Part shown: positions 14,899 through 29,029 of the stretch, piece by piece
Layout of the letters: every line of letters starts with the position of its first letter
Position numbering within the stretch: the first letter of the stretch is position 1
From: Lingula anatina
Lineage: Eukaryota; Animalia; Brachiopoda
NCBI GenBank assembly: GCA_051362555.1
Contig: CM120643.1
Span: forward strand, 806,001 to 870,000
Direction of reading: 5' to 3'
Length of the DNA: 64,000 nucleotides
The notes under the pieces: model-generated
The model's database searches: none
What the model was told of the DNA's origin: nothing
The model's input: the letters and a program-made list of their open reading frames with translations, nothing else
Position numbers and translations under genes: made by a program

Positions 14899-16377
14899 CT
14901 GCTTTTGCTAAGAAAACATCAAAGAAAAATAAGCATTTCACAGAAAAAAGGCAAGGTTTACCAATCAAGCAAAAACAAGTTACCAGTAAATATTTGTTTC
15001 TGTTACTTTTCAGATTAATCCAAATGGTCTAATAGCGTGATTACATTACACAGCAAACATATCTGATTCTAGGCAGCTGAGTGTATCACTTCTCTCTCAT
15101 TTGCAAAATCTAAAAGAAAAAATGAACAAGAAAAAAGTGAAAAGAAAACAGTAAAAAACACTAATTCCTGTTTATGATTAGCTTCTCTGCTAAGTACCAG
15201 AATACTTTCACCCATCAGCTGATTAATAGTCAAATATCACCATTAACTAACCTCATAAGAAAATAATTTCTTCCAGGTAAGAAAATATCATGACCTGCCT
15301 TTTAATCTTTGCAAAGATAGGTGAAAAGTTTATCCAGTATGATCATTATGTTGCTTTGAATCAGCAAAGGAGTTTTTTTTTTTTTTGCTTAAACAAACCT
15401 TATTACTTCAAAATTCAAGGCTATTAGCATCATTATTTTCTTGTACTGTTACATAAATATAAAAAATACTGCGATCTCAATGTCAATGTATCTTTTAATA
15501 AACTGTGCATACCAATTAAAGAAAGACCAGCAAAACATAAATGAAAAAAAAAATCTTATTAAAAATTATATAAAATTTCGTTTGAAAGTTAAATATTAAG
15601 CAATGCATAATGTGCCAACCAAGGAAAAGAAAAGCTTTTTCAATTATCAAATTGTAGTGCCTCTCAAAATCACAGATCTACCAAGCCGCTCTTAAACTTT
15701 ATCACTTGGATCCAGTTGGAAGTGAGAGAATATTTTTTTTTTAGCTTTCATTGCCAACTGTAGTGTATATTATTCATAGTCATTACAGAATAATGCTAAA
15801 AATTGCATTTATTTTTTCAGGTTTGCTTTCGAAAATATTACAGTAGTTAACTAGCGTTTTGGAGAGAAAATCTGGTTAGAGGTATTTTAAGGATTTAGAT
15901 CTATTAATACCCCATCCCCACCCCACCCCTACCAAACTCGTCCCCCCCCCCTCAAAAAAGGGGGGGGGGGGGATAGAATTTTAATTCAAAAGTACATTTT
16001 AAATATCTGCACTTACTGCAATGTTTTTTCACTTTGAAATGACACAATACACCAGTATCACGCCAATTACACATTTTTTCTTCATCTCCACGCTGCCTTC
16101 CAATGTGCACGTCACGATAAGAAAATCCTGACAGCTTTGTCGTTTTTATTTCTCCATGAAATGTGCAGTTTTCTCCATTAATAACCCAGTCTATAATTAC
16201 AGACAGCAAAGAGATAAATGTACAGTCAACATGATAATTGGTATTAATGTGGACTGAAGTATAGGTCTGATAACTGGTGGTGCCGGGATGATTGTGACTA
16301 GCACAGGGTACAGTAATTTCCCTGATCTGAAATGCATTAATTAATGGATTTCTTAGTACATTGCTTTGTTGGTTGAA

Positions 16378-16550
16378 CCTGAAAAAATGTTTTGCTACCT
16401 AAAATGAATCTATAAATAAATAAATAAATAAATAAATATTGAAATAAGTGATCGAGACAATTGAAATCTCTCTCCTCTCTCTCTCTCTCTCTCACTCACA
16501 CACCATAGGCAGCCTGAAAAAAAAAAGTTTTGCTACCTAAAATGAATCTA

Positions 16551-16597
<47 letters not shown>

Positions 16598-16681
16598 ATA
16601 GATAAATAAATAAATATTGAAATAAGTGATCAAGACAATTGGAATCTCTCTCCTCTCTCTCTCACTCAGACACCATAGGCA
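16378..16681. repeat. Local tandem duplication (16378-16511 and 16513-16681) containing (AAAT)n and (CT)n tracts
   Basis: Both copies run cctgaaaaa...ttttgctacctaaaatgaatcta(taaa)n...tattgaaataagtgatc.agacaattg.aatctctctcc(tc)n...caccataggca. Confidence 0.95.
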
Positions 16682-19600
16682 CCCCCCCCCCCCCCAGAAT
16701 ATCTAAAGGGTAGAGATGACACCACTCCTAAAGCTCACAAAACCAAGGCACTTGTATGTTCATATATTTCACATGTATTATGATAAAATACAGTAATGAC
16801 TGTTTCAGTATGAAATTTGCTAAGTCCATCAAGCACATCTCGTGTAAAGTAAAACTCTTCATCTATTTTCTTTCTTATGGAAAAATTGAAGAAAAAGAAA
16901 ATATAGTAGCCAGGGAAGTGAATAGGTTTAAAAGATTACCCCACTGCATCAACTTATTAAATACCTTGATTTATAACTTGCTATTCTGGCAACACTATGA
17001 AAACATTTCTCAAGTGATGAATCTCTTCCCCCCACGGTGGTCAAGCACACAAGATGTTGATTTTATTATTTATGAAGCCACAAGTTTGCCCAGAACCACC
17101 TCTTTTGTGTGACCGAGAGTAACCCTCTTTGTACATTCCTACCTTTCTCCGCCTTCTAGAAGGGTTTTAGATGATACACAGACGTGAGGGAAAGAAGACC
17201 ACCCTATTTTCTCGGTAGTTTTATTGGAGAGAGAGCAGATGAAACGGTCAGTCAAAACCACTAGACAATTACTGACTCTTAATGGCATGGACCACACATC
17301 CACATAAATAACTTTTCTTCTTCTTAGAAGTTCATCAGTAATACTGGGTTTAAATGAAGGAAAACATTCCATCTTTACCATCAGTGGAACACATGGAGGA
17401 CAAGTTCCTGGCAAGACTAGAGTTTGAACTCGTACAAAATTAGAAATGCCATAATCAATTAACATTCTGCTTAATTGCCTCAATTCGGGTAAAAGCTTTC
17501 CTTCCTGAAGTCTAATTCAGACAGGGACAAACAGAGACTGGAAGCAGTCTTACCTTTTAACATCAGATAACCAGATTACTGTAGTATGATGGTGAGTTTT
17601 AGACCACTCACCAATCTAAATCTCTCTTGGTGTGAACCTTGCTTTAATACTTACTATCTCTTTAAGTGTTCTGATGAAATGAAAGGTTAAACTTTTTTTA
17701 AAGCATATGCTGCTTCTCAAAAAGCTTTGGAACAAGCCATTTTGCAGAGATGAAGGGAAAAAAATGTTTTGACTGAGTGGTTGGGAAAGTACTTCTACCT
17801 ACCCAGTAGATCCAAGAAATCTTCAAAATCTGTTTTGTCAATAAAAACAAACAGAACTCATAAATAACCACTGACATTTTTGGATATGGTCTCAAATTTC
17901 AAACAACATACCTTTACCCATATTTTAAACAAAAAGCACACTTCAAATCCTTTCTTTCTTTCTTTTCTTTCTTTTTTTTTTTTGGGGGGGGGGGGGAGGG
18001 GGTACCAACAAAATGTACCTCTTATTACTTATCAACTGTGTTTGTCCTTCAATCTTTGAGGACCAATAAAAATCTTTTTTTCTGATAAATCTTTTATATT
18101 GAAATTATTACTTAAATCTGAAGAGTAATTCACTACATAACTATAATTCACTCCACAGGTTATTTTATCACTCTTTCTGTGAGGATTTTTGTCAGTGGGT
18201 TCTGAGGATTATTACCAAGAATTTACAAGCTCAGAATCAAGACAAATATTAACTCATACGACAGAGCCAGAAAAGCTGTTCCCACAAGTACTTTACAAGA
18301 ACAAGAAACAAAATGACTTTCTACGGTTAAATTGAAGAGATGCCATTCCTCCTTAATTTATACTCAATCATTGTTTTCAGCAGATAAATCGCCCTGTACT
18401 TTATTCAAATTCTCAAGAACATTCTTGATATTCTGCTCTGTCAATAGCTGTCTTTGGCCATTTCTCTAGTCATCTATTTCAAATACAGTCTGACACAATT
18501 CCTTACACCATCATATCACAAAGTATAATACATGTATAGTATACACATAACATATACATACACAAAGCTTCACCTACACCATGCTCAAGAAAACTAAAGA
18601 TCACCAACTATCAGCAAGTATTCAGAAAAAAAAAAGAAATATCTGTACAACCTCTAAAGCAGTATGTAGAACAGATTCATAATGCCCATTAATCCTGTAA
18701 TTCCCCGTGGATTTCTTCAGGATATTTACATTGAAAGAACAGCAAAATACCATAGCAACAAAAAGTGTTTTAAACAACGACATATACATACAGAAAGAGT
18801 GCTTTTCTTTGGAAGAAAATTTATACACTAACTGCCCTTTCAAGTCCTGTAAAGTTAATACTATACAAAACAGTTTTATTTCTAACTATACCGTTCTTCA
18901 TTGAAAGATACATAAACATATGTATAAATGCCAAGTTTTATTGGAAGTCAAGTAATTCCTCTCCCACTAAACTTTCAGGACACTTTTTTTTTGTCATCTT
19001 CAATCCTCCTATTTCCTTTTAAGTAGCCTGTACTGATATCTGAAAGCCATGTTACAACTATTTTGAGTGGCAGATGTCCTGTTATTGCTCAATTTATTTG
19101 TATTGGTACACAAAGTGAAATGCAAGCTAGTTAGGAACTCCTGTTAAACCAGCCACTTGGCTTGAGTTAAGTGGTAAAAAATTGTTCTAGAATACTAGGA
19201 TGTTTTGTCTTCAGTTTTATTGAGTACGGAACTGAATAGCGAAATATAATAATGGCTGGCTGGTAGCCAGTAGTTGATTTTTCCTAAAAAACTCAATGAA
19301 CTGTCTCAAAAAAAATGTATGGTAATTGACCTTATAGCATATTAATTAACTGTACATATAGAAAGGAGCTGGCAAGGATATATGTTAAAGGTAAATGTAT
19401 TTTTTAAGTGGAACTTTTTTGGACTGAAAAAAAAAGGACATTTTAAACTGATATTTAAACTGAAAATCTCCCAACTTGGTATTAGCTAGAACTCTCTGTC
19501 TTCCCCAATCTATCCAAGATTTTAAAAGGTCCAATCCTATAAAAAAAAAGGATTTCACAGAAAGCTCTTAAAAAGAAAAAAGTCTAGAATAATGACTCCC

Positions 19601-21435
19601 TTTGCCATTTTGCTTTTAAATGTCACTCTGAGTAGCACCTCTTACCAAAGGTAATTGAAACAGACCATGTAACAAAGTCTTTGTAACTGCGGTCAGAACC
19701 TCGACAAGATGTTCCGTGACCTTACCCCAGTGTGTTCTTCAATCCAATCAGTGGAAAATAGTGGAAACATAGCAGGACTGGGCAATGATAACAAGGCTGG
19801 GGCGTGTTCACACTGGGATTAACTTACCTGGTGTGTTTACAGTCAAGATAAGTCAATTTATCTTAGTACATAAGGCCCATCACCAAGTTATTTGATTACA
19901 ATAACCTCACAATAGAAAATATTGATGATCTCTTTGGTGATGGGCAAAAAGAGGGATTGGATAGGCAGTGACCTAATCATAATCAGTGCAGTACAGTATG
20001 TCTTTATTTCCAGGATTGTAATTGTAATCATACTGGCATATACACAGCAGTACTCCAGTGAGCTGCTTGACTCGGCACTGTGATGTTTCCTTGATTGCAA
20101 TCAGGCCCTCCTACATCATTTGGATCAAATCAGATTCGGTCCACTTATGCCTAGTGTGACCTCTCCCAAAGAAACCACAGTAAATTAATAGGAAACTGTT
20201 ACAGTACAAGAACTATGTAGTGAATTGGTAAAATGAAACAGTGTCTTCCACTTTCTTTTCAAGTGTCTTCACAGGGTGTCCCAATGCATTAAAACTGTGG
20301 AGAGATTCAGAGTGTATTGTCTAACAATGAGGACCACTTCAATCTATAATGTGGTACGGTAATCCCTCATGAAATTTGAACTCTCTTTTTTCTCAATATT
20401 CATACTAGCTTTCTGCTAGGAACCAAACTTACCTTTAAGAACTTTTTCATTTTTCTTCACTTTTTTGTGAGTGTAATCATCAAATATATTTTGAGAGCTA
20501 TAGGTGTAGATATGATCTATCTTTTTTTTTTCAAATTTCATATGACAAAACAGTATTTTTTTTCTTCTTGTCATACCCCACGAAATTGCATGAAAGGATA
20601 AATTGTCTTTGTGCAGAGGAAGCTGACCTATAAAAAATAATAGAATAAAGCTGTGTGACTGGTGTAGTTAGGGTCTGATGTGAGAAGTCAGAATAATTTT
20701 ACAAATTACTATTGATTGTTTGTAACAATCCAAAGCTTTGGGGTGTGATACTTCAAAAGAAGGGAAAAAGGATGGCAGACATGAGTGGTGGAAGTTGAGA
20801 ATCTATCAACTGCTAAAGATGGCAAAGACACATACAGACATTTTACAACTAGGGTCACCGTTGCTTTGTGGCTTCTCATCCTCCTTTTGCAAATACTTAT
20901 ATTTATCTATAATGTGTCACATCAGAAGAAATTACACATACTGCCCATATCAATCTGACCACTACCTGTTACTTTAATTAAGATTTTACAAACAGATAAA
21001 GCTTATTGACCAAGGGAGACCATTTTACATTGGAGAAATAAAAAAAGATGCAGAATTTTAATGCACAAGGTTTGGTTCAGTTTCTTTCAATATGACTCTG
21101 AGACGACTGGTTTTTAGATCATTTTATTAAAAATCTGTTGGAAATTAAAAGAGCCAACCTAGTTTAAATATTTATGAATTCCTGCCAACTCTGATCACTT
21201 ATGGATTTTTTGTGCACTTCTGACCTGTAGTTTGCATGTACTTTGTGTTTCAGTCTTAAAACTTTAAGTGTTTAATTATAAACAATTACCAAGTTAATGT
21301 TGTCTGTAGGCAGATGTAGAACATGATAATATGTTTACAGGAACTAAGGCTTGCTTTTCCAAGCATAAATCAAGGTGAAGAATTTTAATCAATTATCATT
21401 TTTATCAACAGAATTAAAGTACAATTTAATTTGTT

Positions 21436-21502
21436 CAATAATAATAATAAAAATAATAATGATAATAATAATTATAATAATGATAATAATAATTATAATA
21501 AT
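21436..21502. repeat. Imperfect (TAA)n microsatellite
   Basis: Directly visible. Confidence 0.9.
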
Positions 21503-24500
21503 CCTAATTATTTGATTATTATCATTTATTATTTTTCTATATACACCAAGTTTTAAAGGAATGGTCACCTGTATACTGATAGAAGACAGAGAAAGTGGAT
21601 AACTTGAAGCACTCTCCAGGACAGAAATGTTGTTACAGTCTGCTCAGTGGGGAAGTGTTCTATCTGTAAACAGAAATAAGTAAATGAACACTGAACTGGC
21701 TCTATTCTAAGTGACATGACACTACAGTAACATTAAGTGCTGAAAGGCCACTACTCTCTGTGGAAGCTGCCAGTATGGCTGACAAATAAACAGGCGCCTG
21801 CCATTGAGAATGAGGTATTTAAACACAAGTTACAGTAACAGTACTGGTGGATCACATCCCTGTGCCAGGACTGTAAAGATGTGGTTTAGGGTTTATTTAA
21901 TCAATGATGTACCTGTCTATTGTACACAGAACACAGATGTCTGGGACAAAGGTCCTACAAGTGACGTTATTACAGACAAGGAGAGATGTACCTGTACATG
22001 TATCTTTTGTATTAAATTTATAGACTGCATATATAAGAGCTAGCAGGTTTCAATCATTTAATTTAATTATTTATGTTTAAGACATTGCAAATATGTGAAC
22101 ACCTGCCAGAAAACATCAGGGGTGTGTCTACACTAGGTATTTTAAGGCACCTCTTTCAGTCCAAATGTCTGCCCAATAAAGAACCTCACTCAACATGGCT
22201 AATTAATTATGATCAAACTGGAAGTTGTCTGTGTGATTTATTTTTGATTAAAGAGCAACATACTTGATTATCATCACTCCTGCCAAATCAGACAGTCCAG
22301 ATCAGGGACTAGGGGATCCATTTGAATCAACTGCGGGACGGATTACTTAGGTCTTGTCTGAACACACCCTTACTATCCCCACATGACCTCAACAGGACAT
22401 GAAACCAATCAATTATGTCCACAACAGTTTGACCACTTGGCATTTACTGCCAATCAATATAACAACCCAGATTGAAAGTGGTACTAAAGAAAGAACTGAC
22501 CAGGTGCTGGTCAAATATCCATTAAATAAATTAGCCCAGCAAACTAGTGGGAAGACACATGCTCACATCCTACATGTATGTGCCTCAAGTTTCCATGACA
22601 ACAACAACAATGGTTCCAGAAGTTCAAGACATAGGGGTGGATTAATTGAATTTCAATGAGTTTTAAACTACTAAATATAAAGCTTCTGTGAGATTGTTCC
22701 CATAAACTCATTGTACTAACTGGATCCATCTAACTCTGCAGGGATTCTCATTAAATTGCATGAAGTTTGAAATGCCTACTCAAGCTGCTAGGGGGTTATT
22801 TAACAACACAGAGATATACTCTTTAAATAACCCAAATTGTTGGAAAAATCATTTACAGTGTTTGGTCAAAGTTCAGAATAAAATATCTTTAAAAATTAAC
22901 CAGAGGTAAGTGCACCAAATAATACCATTCTAAAATTTATCCTTTAGAAAAATCAAATATATGCCATGAAAATTACCGTGAAAAGATATGCCAGTTATTC
23001 AAATATTTGTATGATCATAAACCAACACATGGCTTGTATAAACAACACTTTGCAGCATTTCCGTTTTCTGCTTCATTCAAAGCTCCGTGTCTCATTTCCT
23101 GCAGCTAATTTTTACGCATCACTGAAAAACTAATAGGTTTTCATAGGTCAGGAGTCATGATGAAAAATGCTCCTCATCTTTAATACTTTTAAACACGTTG
23201 TCGTAAAAAAACTAATCAGCGGCTGGTGGGGGATATAACAGTGTGTTTATGGTTTCTGTTTGCCTTTGATGAAATAATGACGGCCACCCGAGCATAACTT
23301 TAATGGAAGCAGGGAGGGTGGTAAAAAACTCACAGGTAAACTCATATAATGAGCAGCATGTGGTCTTTTCAGGATCATACGGAACCTTTCAGAAACAAGG
23401 TCAAGTTTAAGAAGTGAAAATGGAAGGGAGGGGGGAATTTCCATCTTAATAAGTATTAGTTGAAGTTAGTCACAGTTGAACTGGTTAGAATTTCAAGAAC
23501 AAATGGTAATTACTACAAGTATAAATATAGAAATAGAAAGTGGTGTAAAATGTAGTGCAGTTCTGTGTTTACCCCCCCCCCCCAGCCTCCCCCCCCCCCC
23601 CCCAGCCCCGCTTGACAGGCACTTGGTATTGTAATCTTTCCTCAAATTTAATTTAAGGTGCCACATGAACAGAATGTTGGGGTACATGTAAGTGCTGTCA
23701 GCATGTTCAGGTAGATATGACATGATGTTAAGCAAAGTATTTCAAATAGTCAGGACTTATAAACACCTGATCCATTTATAAGGCCTGAATAGTAGTCTGA
23801 ACCACCACAACCTCCTCAGCCTCTCTCTCTTCACTCTTTCCTAACAACATTTATAGAATTATATTTCAATATTGCCCATCTCTGAAGAAATATAGGCTGA
23901 GGTCAGAATGGTTTTAATTATAAATAAATAAATAAATACATAAAACATTTCAACTTTTCAGCATTTCACAATGTAAAACAGTATGGGGTACAAGCAGGCA
24001 GCTACTTAATTTCTGAGGTTTAACAATTTTTTTCTTGTTAAAACACTTCAAAAGGAAGTAACAGTCTTAGGTAATACTGATATATTTTTGTCAATATTTC
24101 TTATTACCTTAAATAAATATATAAATAATGCACTATCCTTAGATTTGACAGACGAACTTAAAGGTTAAACAACTCTGACTTATTTCACCTCAGCGGGTTA
24201 AATATCACAGATCACCAAACTCGCTGTTGAACATCTTCGCCAGGATGGAACGAGAATAGAATGAGACAGTGAACAGTTGTGCGGGATGTATGTTAGAGCC
24301 CAGAATGCCAACCAGCACAGTTAATGTGATCTAGACCTATTAGGAACCTGCAGGGCCAAATGTCAAACTAAACACAGATTTCAATTTTAGTGTAATTTCT
24401 TAACAGATAAATGCACAAGTCTTAATTGAAGACACAGGTATAAATCTGAATAGTTTTCTAAGTTCAGGCTGAGAACATGGGCTGAAAAACAGTTTAATTA

Positions 24501-26407
24501 TCTATTATGACAGAGGAAAAGGTTGGGAAAGCTTTAAGTTGCTGCATTGTGAAATTATCTACAACATCGTGAACATTTCTAAATCATTTCCCCCATGTTC
24601 ACAACTTTGGCTCAATACTTATTTAAAAAAAAACAAAAACAAATATATTTAACTTGTCAGAAACAGATACATTTAAAGAACTGAAACAGACTTCATTTTA
24701 AAACTTTAAAACTTATAAATTACAAAAACATTAATGAAATAAAAAATGAACAAATGTACAATGTATAGTTGCCCAGTAGTTTTATTTAATATTTAATATT
24801 TTAATTTTTTCATTTTAAATCATGGCAACAGTTTAATAACACACCTGATCTCACCTGACCAGACAACAGACATCAGGAGACGCATTTCCACTCATCATGG
24901 ACCGACCCAGCTTAGTGTTCTGTCTGATTACAATTAAATATATCTCACCAAAGGCACCAACCCCAATTTCTTTGCTGTCCCACCATCCACCACTTTCAAT
25001 TGGGGTATGTCTTGTGCTACCAAAATAACATTATTGTGTATAATTTTTGCTTACTTAAGGTGGCAGTCTCAATCTCTTTGCTGTTATGCCTGCCAGTCCT
25101 TTAATTTGGGGTCTGTCCTGAGCTACCATAGAGCTTTTGATAAACAAGATAAGGGCCCTGTATTACCTGACGGCCCACTGGGTAAAGTTGTAGTTGTACC
25201 AAGTTTAGCTGCACCATCTTCAGTAGAAACACGACTTAAGGAAGATATTTTGTGCACAAGGAGATGCAGTCACCTGACAGGAATCTACAAAGAATTTCAC
25301 CTGAAAGAGTCATAGATTCTTGACAATTCTGACCACACAACTCATGGGGTAAAATGTTCAGTTTAATAAAGACTGCTATTTGTTAAAGACATGTACCCAC
25401 ACACCACATAGAGAGCTTGAAGAGAGTTGCCAGGAACCAAAAATGTGCAAGGGTGTCTTCAAACACCAAATTAAAAAAAAAAAAAAAAAAAACTTAATAC
25501 CTAGAAGCCTTTCGGAATGAAAAAAAAATTGCATTCCCCCTTTTCCAGTCGCTTGTCTCTGTGTTCAATGGTTTCATCTAATTAAAACAGACAAGAGTTT
25601 GAGAAACAAGAAAGAAGTGGAGGCTTTCTCAGCTTAAAAAACACTAAATCTCCTACTTCTCAGCAGAAGTACATGTGTATAGCTAGAGGCAATGGAGGTA
25701 ACAGTTAACACATCACAGGGATTCAGAGCACAGGTTTAAGTACCATTAGAGGAATTCAATAGGTTTTCATTAACTTTTTTCTTTTCTTTTTTTTCTTGAG
25801 AAAGTCAACCTCATTAAAAAGTGAGCAAGTGAATGAGATAAAGGTAAATGGCAGCAGAATAACTGGAAAAAATTAAACAAATAATAATTAACAAATTAAA
25901 CAAAATCAATTGATAAATAGATAAGTCCATAAATGAACAAATAAATATAACTCATCGGATGATGAATAAAAACAGAATGGCTGGAATAACATGAAGATTA
26001 TCTACTAGTATCAGAAAGATAAGAGGGAAGGACATTAAACTGACATACGAAAAGACAGCACAAATGAACAGATAACAGAAAAGTGACAGGCAGGTATAAA
26101 ATATACCTCATTCTTTTAATTTCCTATCAAATAAATGTAGAACCAACTGGAAACCTATCATTTCCTTCCTGTCCTTTTTTGGTTGCTATACATTGTGCAT
26201 TTTCCACATGACTGAACTCCTTTTAATTGTGATGTGTGTACTCCCACTTCTAACCCAAACTGAGGCAAATTGTTTTACATCGGTACTAGTATGTGATAGT
26301 GCGTTTCCCAGGCCACGCTTAGATCAACTTTGACTTTTTTTGTGAGGCCTCACTGGGTGAAAATATTAATGATTAAAAGAAACCAAAAGTTGATTACTGA
26401 ACACTGT

Positions 26408-26581
26408 CAGGCCTGTAGCCAGCAATTTCAAAAGGGGGAGTTCTTTTTCCTGAAAAAGTTGGACCTATAACCACAATACATGTACCTTCATGTATCTAGA
26501 TAAAATTGTACGCAGAGGAGACCTTTTCCCCAGCAAAAAGAGGAATTCTTTTGACCACCCACCCCCCTGGCTACAGGCCTC
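26408..26581 (+). mobile_element. MITE, CAGGCC(C/T)GTAGCCAG family (5-bp TSD type, possibly hAT5-like), diverged copy
   Basis: TIRs caggcctgtagccag / ctggctacaggcct(c); interior homologous to 33912-34078 (inverted) and 54615-55060. TSD degraded (actgt/agtat). Confidence 0.85.
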
Positions 26582-28428
26582 AGTATGCTGTGGATTCAGT
26601 TTGACATTATTTAATTTATAGTTTCTTTAGCCACGTAGTCACATTAAATGAAATGTGTAGAAGTAACGTGAGTGAATGGGACTGAAGCTCCACCAACAGT
26701 GGCCATATTGGCAATCAACCAAGCAGACGGCACTCAACAAATGAGTGAGATCTCTGAAAAATATGTAACATGAAGACAGGTTAATGGCGCATCTGAAGAG
26801 CCTGATGACTGATGAACAACCTCTCTGAGTGAAGACTGACATCTGCCTCTTGAAAACTTAATCAAGTTACACCAATGATACGTTTTTTTCCTTATTAAAA
26901 CATCATCAGACGGGCTGGGTTTAATTACCCACTTGAGGTTGACTCTTTTTTTTTATTTTTCATTCCCTTTTCAGACATGTTTATCAGATGTTCAGGCCAC
27001 TATCCCCGTTAGGTCAAGTGGAGTGTTTTGGTCGAAGACAGGCATCAAAGTTGTTTACTTCATCTTCGCAACCAACCATATTTGACAAGACACCTTCTCA
27101 TCTCTATCAGAAATTATATATATTTGTTGTGAAATGACCAAATCAACTAAAAACTCTTTGATGATTTGAACTGTGGAAGGGTTGAAAGAAAAGTGTAACC
27201 ATTAATGAAATTTACAACATATAAAAAGCACCAAACAATCAGTAAATTTATACAAAATGAATAAAAAAGTGTTTATGCTTAAGATGTTTTCTGAGCAGTT
27301 TTGGAAAAAAAGATTATTCAATGTGAGCTTAACTCATGTCAGAAAATCGATTTTTTTATTATTGACAAAACAGCATGAAACACGAAATTTGTGGGAATTT
27401 ACAATAATAATCCGTAAGGTTAAAATGACCTTTAACATTTATATTCTTCATATTTTTCTAAGCACTGAGATTGTTATATAAAGTTGTCAGCTTTCATAAC
27501 ACTTTCCTGATGGCTTTTTCCGTACATTATTTTTGTTCAATGAACTATAAAAATACTCCATGGATTACACCAAGAGAACATCCTGTATAGCTCCATCAAA
27601 AGTTTTTTTTTCAAATTACAATGACATTCAACATATTTATCTTCCTACTTTCTATATCACTTTTTTAACTCCACCCATATTTCATTTCTGTCTGATATGA
27701 AATGGCAGTCATTTTCCCCAATTACTGTACTAACAATTACAGAAATTCAATCATAAGTGGCGCATACCATTAAAAACAAATGGCATACTGATATCTTTCA
27801 GTGTGTAAAAAGCAATTTAATTCAAATTAAAAGCATACAATGTTAACAGTTTATTGTCAGATGTTATATGGATGTACTTTATAAATGTAGTTCATTTGGG
27901 ACCAGTTTTTATCCCAAAGAATTGATTTTTTTATAATGCAGGAAGAAGAATGATCTCCCCATGTGCATGGATATTTTTGTATAATTGTACAATTCAATAA
28001 CTACAGAAAATACCAGTATGACCTACATGTAGCTTTCACCTTTTCTTAAAATATGCCATGAACTCTGTTCACGTATGTAAATATCACAAGTTTGCATTAC
28101 AATAAGCATATACCATGGTTAAGTGTTATTAAGGAAATTGCATTCTCAGGCACTCTAAATTAGTTGTTACTTTCAAGGACAATTATTGTTACAAATAAGG
28201 CTATGATGCATATCTGTCTTCAAAGACAAAGATCCAATACCACCAATACCAGGTACTGATGAACAGGAAAGGTGGGACACCTTGGGCACATTACTCCTGA
28301 TGATCATTTCCTAATATTTACTTGAACTGTACAGTTATGAATACGGGCAGTTTCACAGTCAGATGCCCACTGGCTAGCTTAAATACTAACTCATTTTGGC
28401 AGCAAAATAAACAGTGCTGAATTTTTTC

Positions 28429-28570
28429 TTAAATTTCCTGTAAAGTGTGACATTCCCTTTTGAATTTCCTGACAGAAACACTTTTTAATTCATTAGGCAG
28501 ATTTCTAGTGTTATTATTCATGGAGTGCACTCTTAGTGGACTTAAAACATCTCTAATGTAAACTTGGATA
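28429..28570 (-). mobile_element. Degraded 3' fragment of a CR1/L2-group LINE ORF2
   Basis: Translation ...RVHSMNNNTR-NLPNELKSVSVRKFKRECHTL resembles the HxYNTR and WNxLPxxLKxxxSxxxFKxxLK C-terminal motifs of CR1/L2-type RTs. Recognised by eye only. Confidence 0.4.
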
Positions 28571-29029
28571 CACCCAGTTTGACTGAAACATTCCACATGA
28601 GAGACATGCACTAGTGAGATTCCTTACCAGTCATCATCATACTAATTTATATAATTTCTACAGCAAACTCTCAGCAGGCAGTTGAAAGATCTGCAACGCC
28701 TCATTTGACATCAACATTCACACTTGAAAACACCTTGAATTTAACTGAAACGAAGATCAGGCAGGACACTGATGATCAATTCACTAACATGAAAACTCAC
28801 CTTGGGGAGGAAATGGCCCAGTTTGAGGTCACTCAGGTCAGAGTTTAGTGTATAAATTCTTCACATTTCATCCTGTTTTAAGTGTCTGGTAACAAGGGAA
28901 AAACCTGTGGCTTTGTGCTGCATTTTGATCTCATTCTTAGTACAGTGTGTTGTCTGGGATCTTGGTACATTCTCCTGTCTGGGGTAGTGTAAGGTTAGGT
29001 TAACATCTGAGAGTTGGTCAATATGTCAT

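Noticed and set aside
15942-15972. C-run/G-run hairpin; also T-run/G-run junctions near 17972, 32431 and 48183
   Set aside because: Homopolymer tracts are abundant throughout the window and show no shared flanking sequence.
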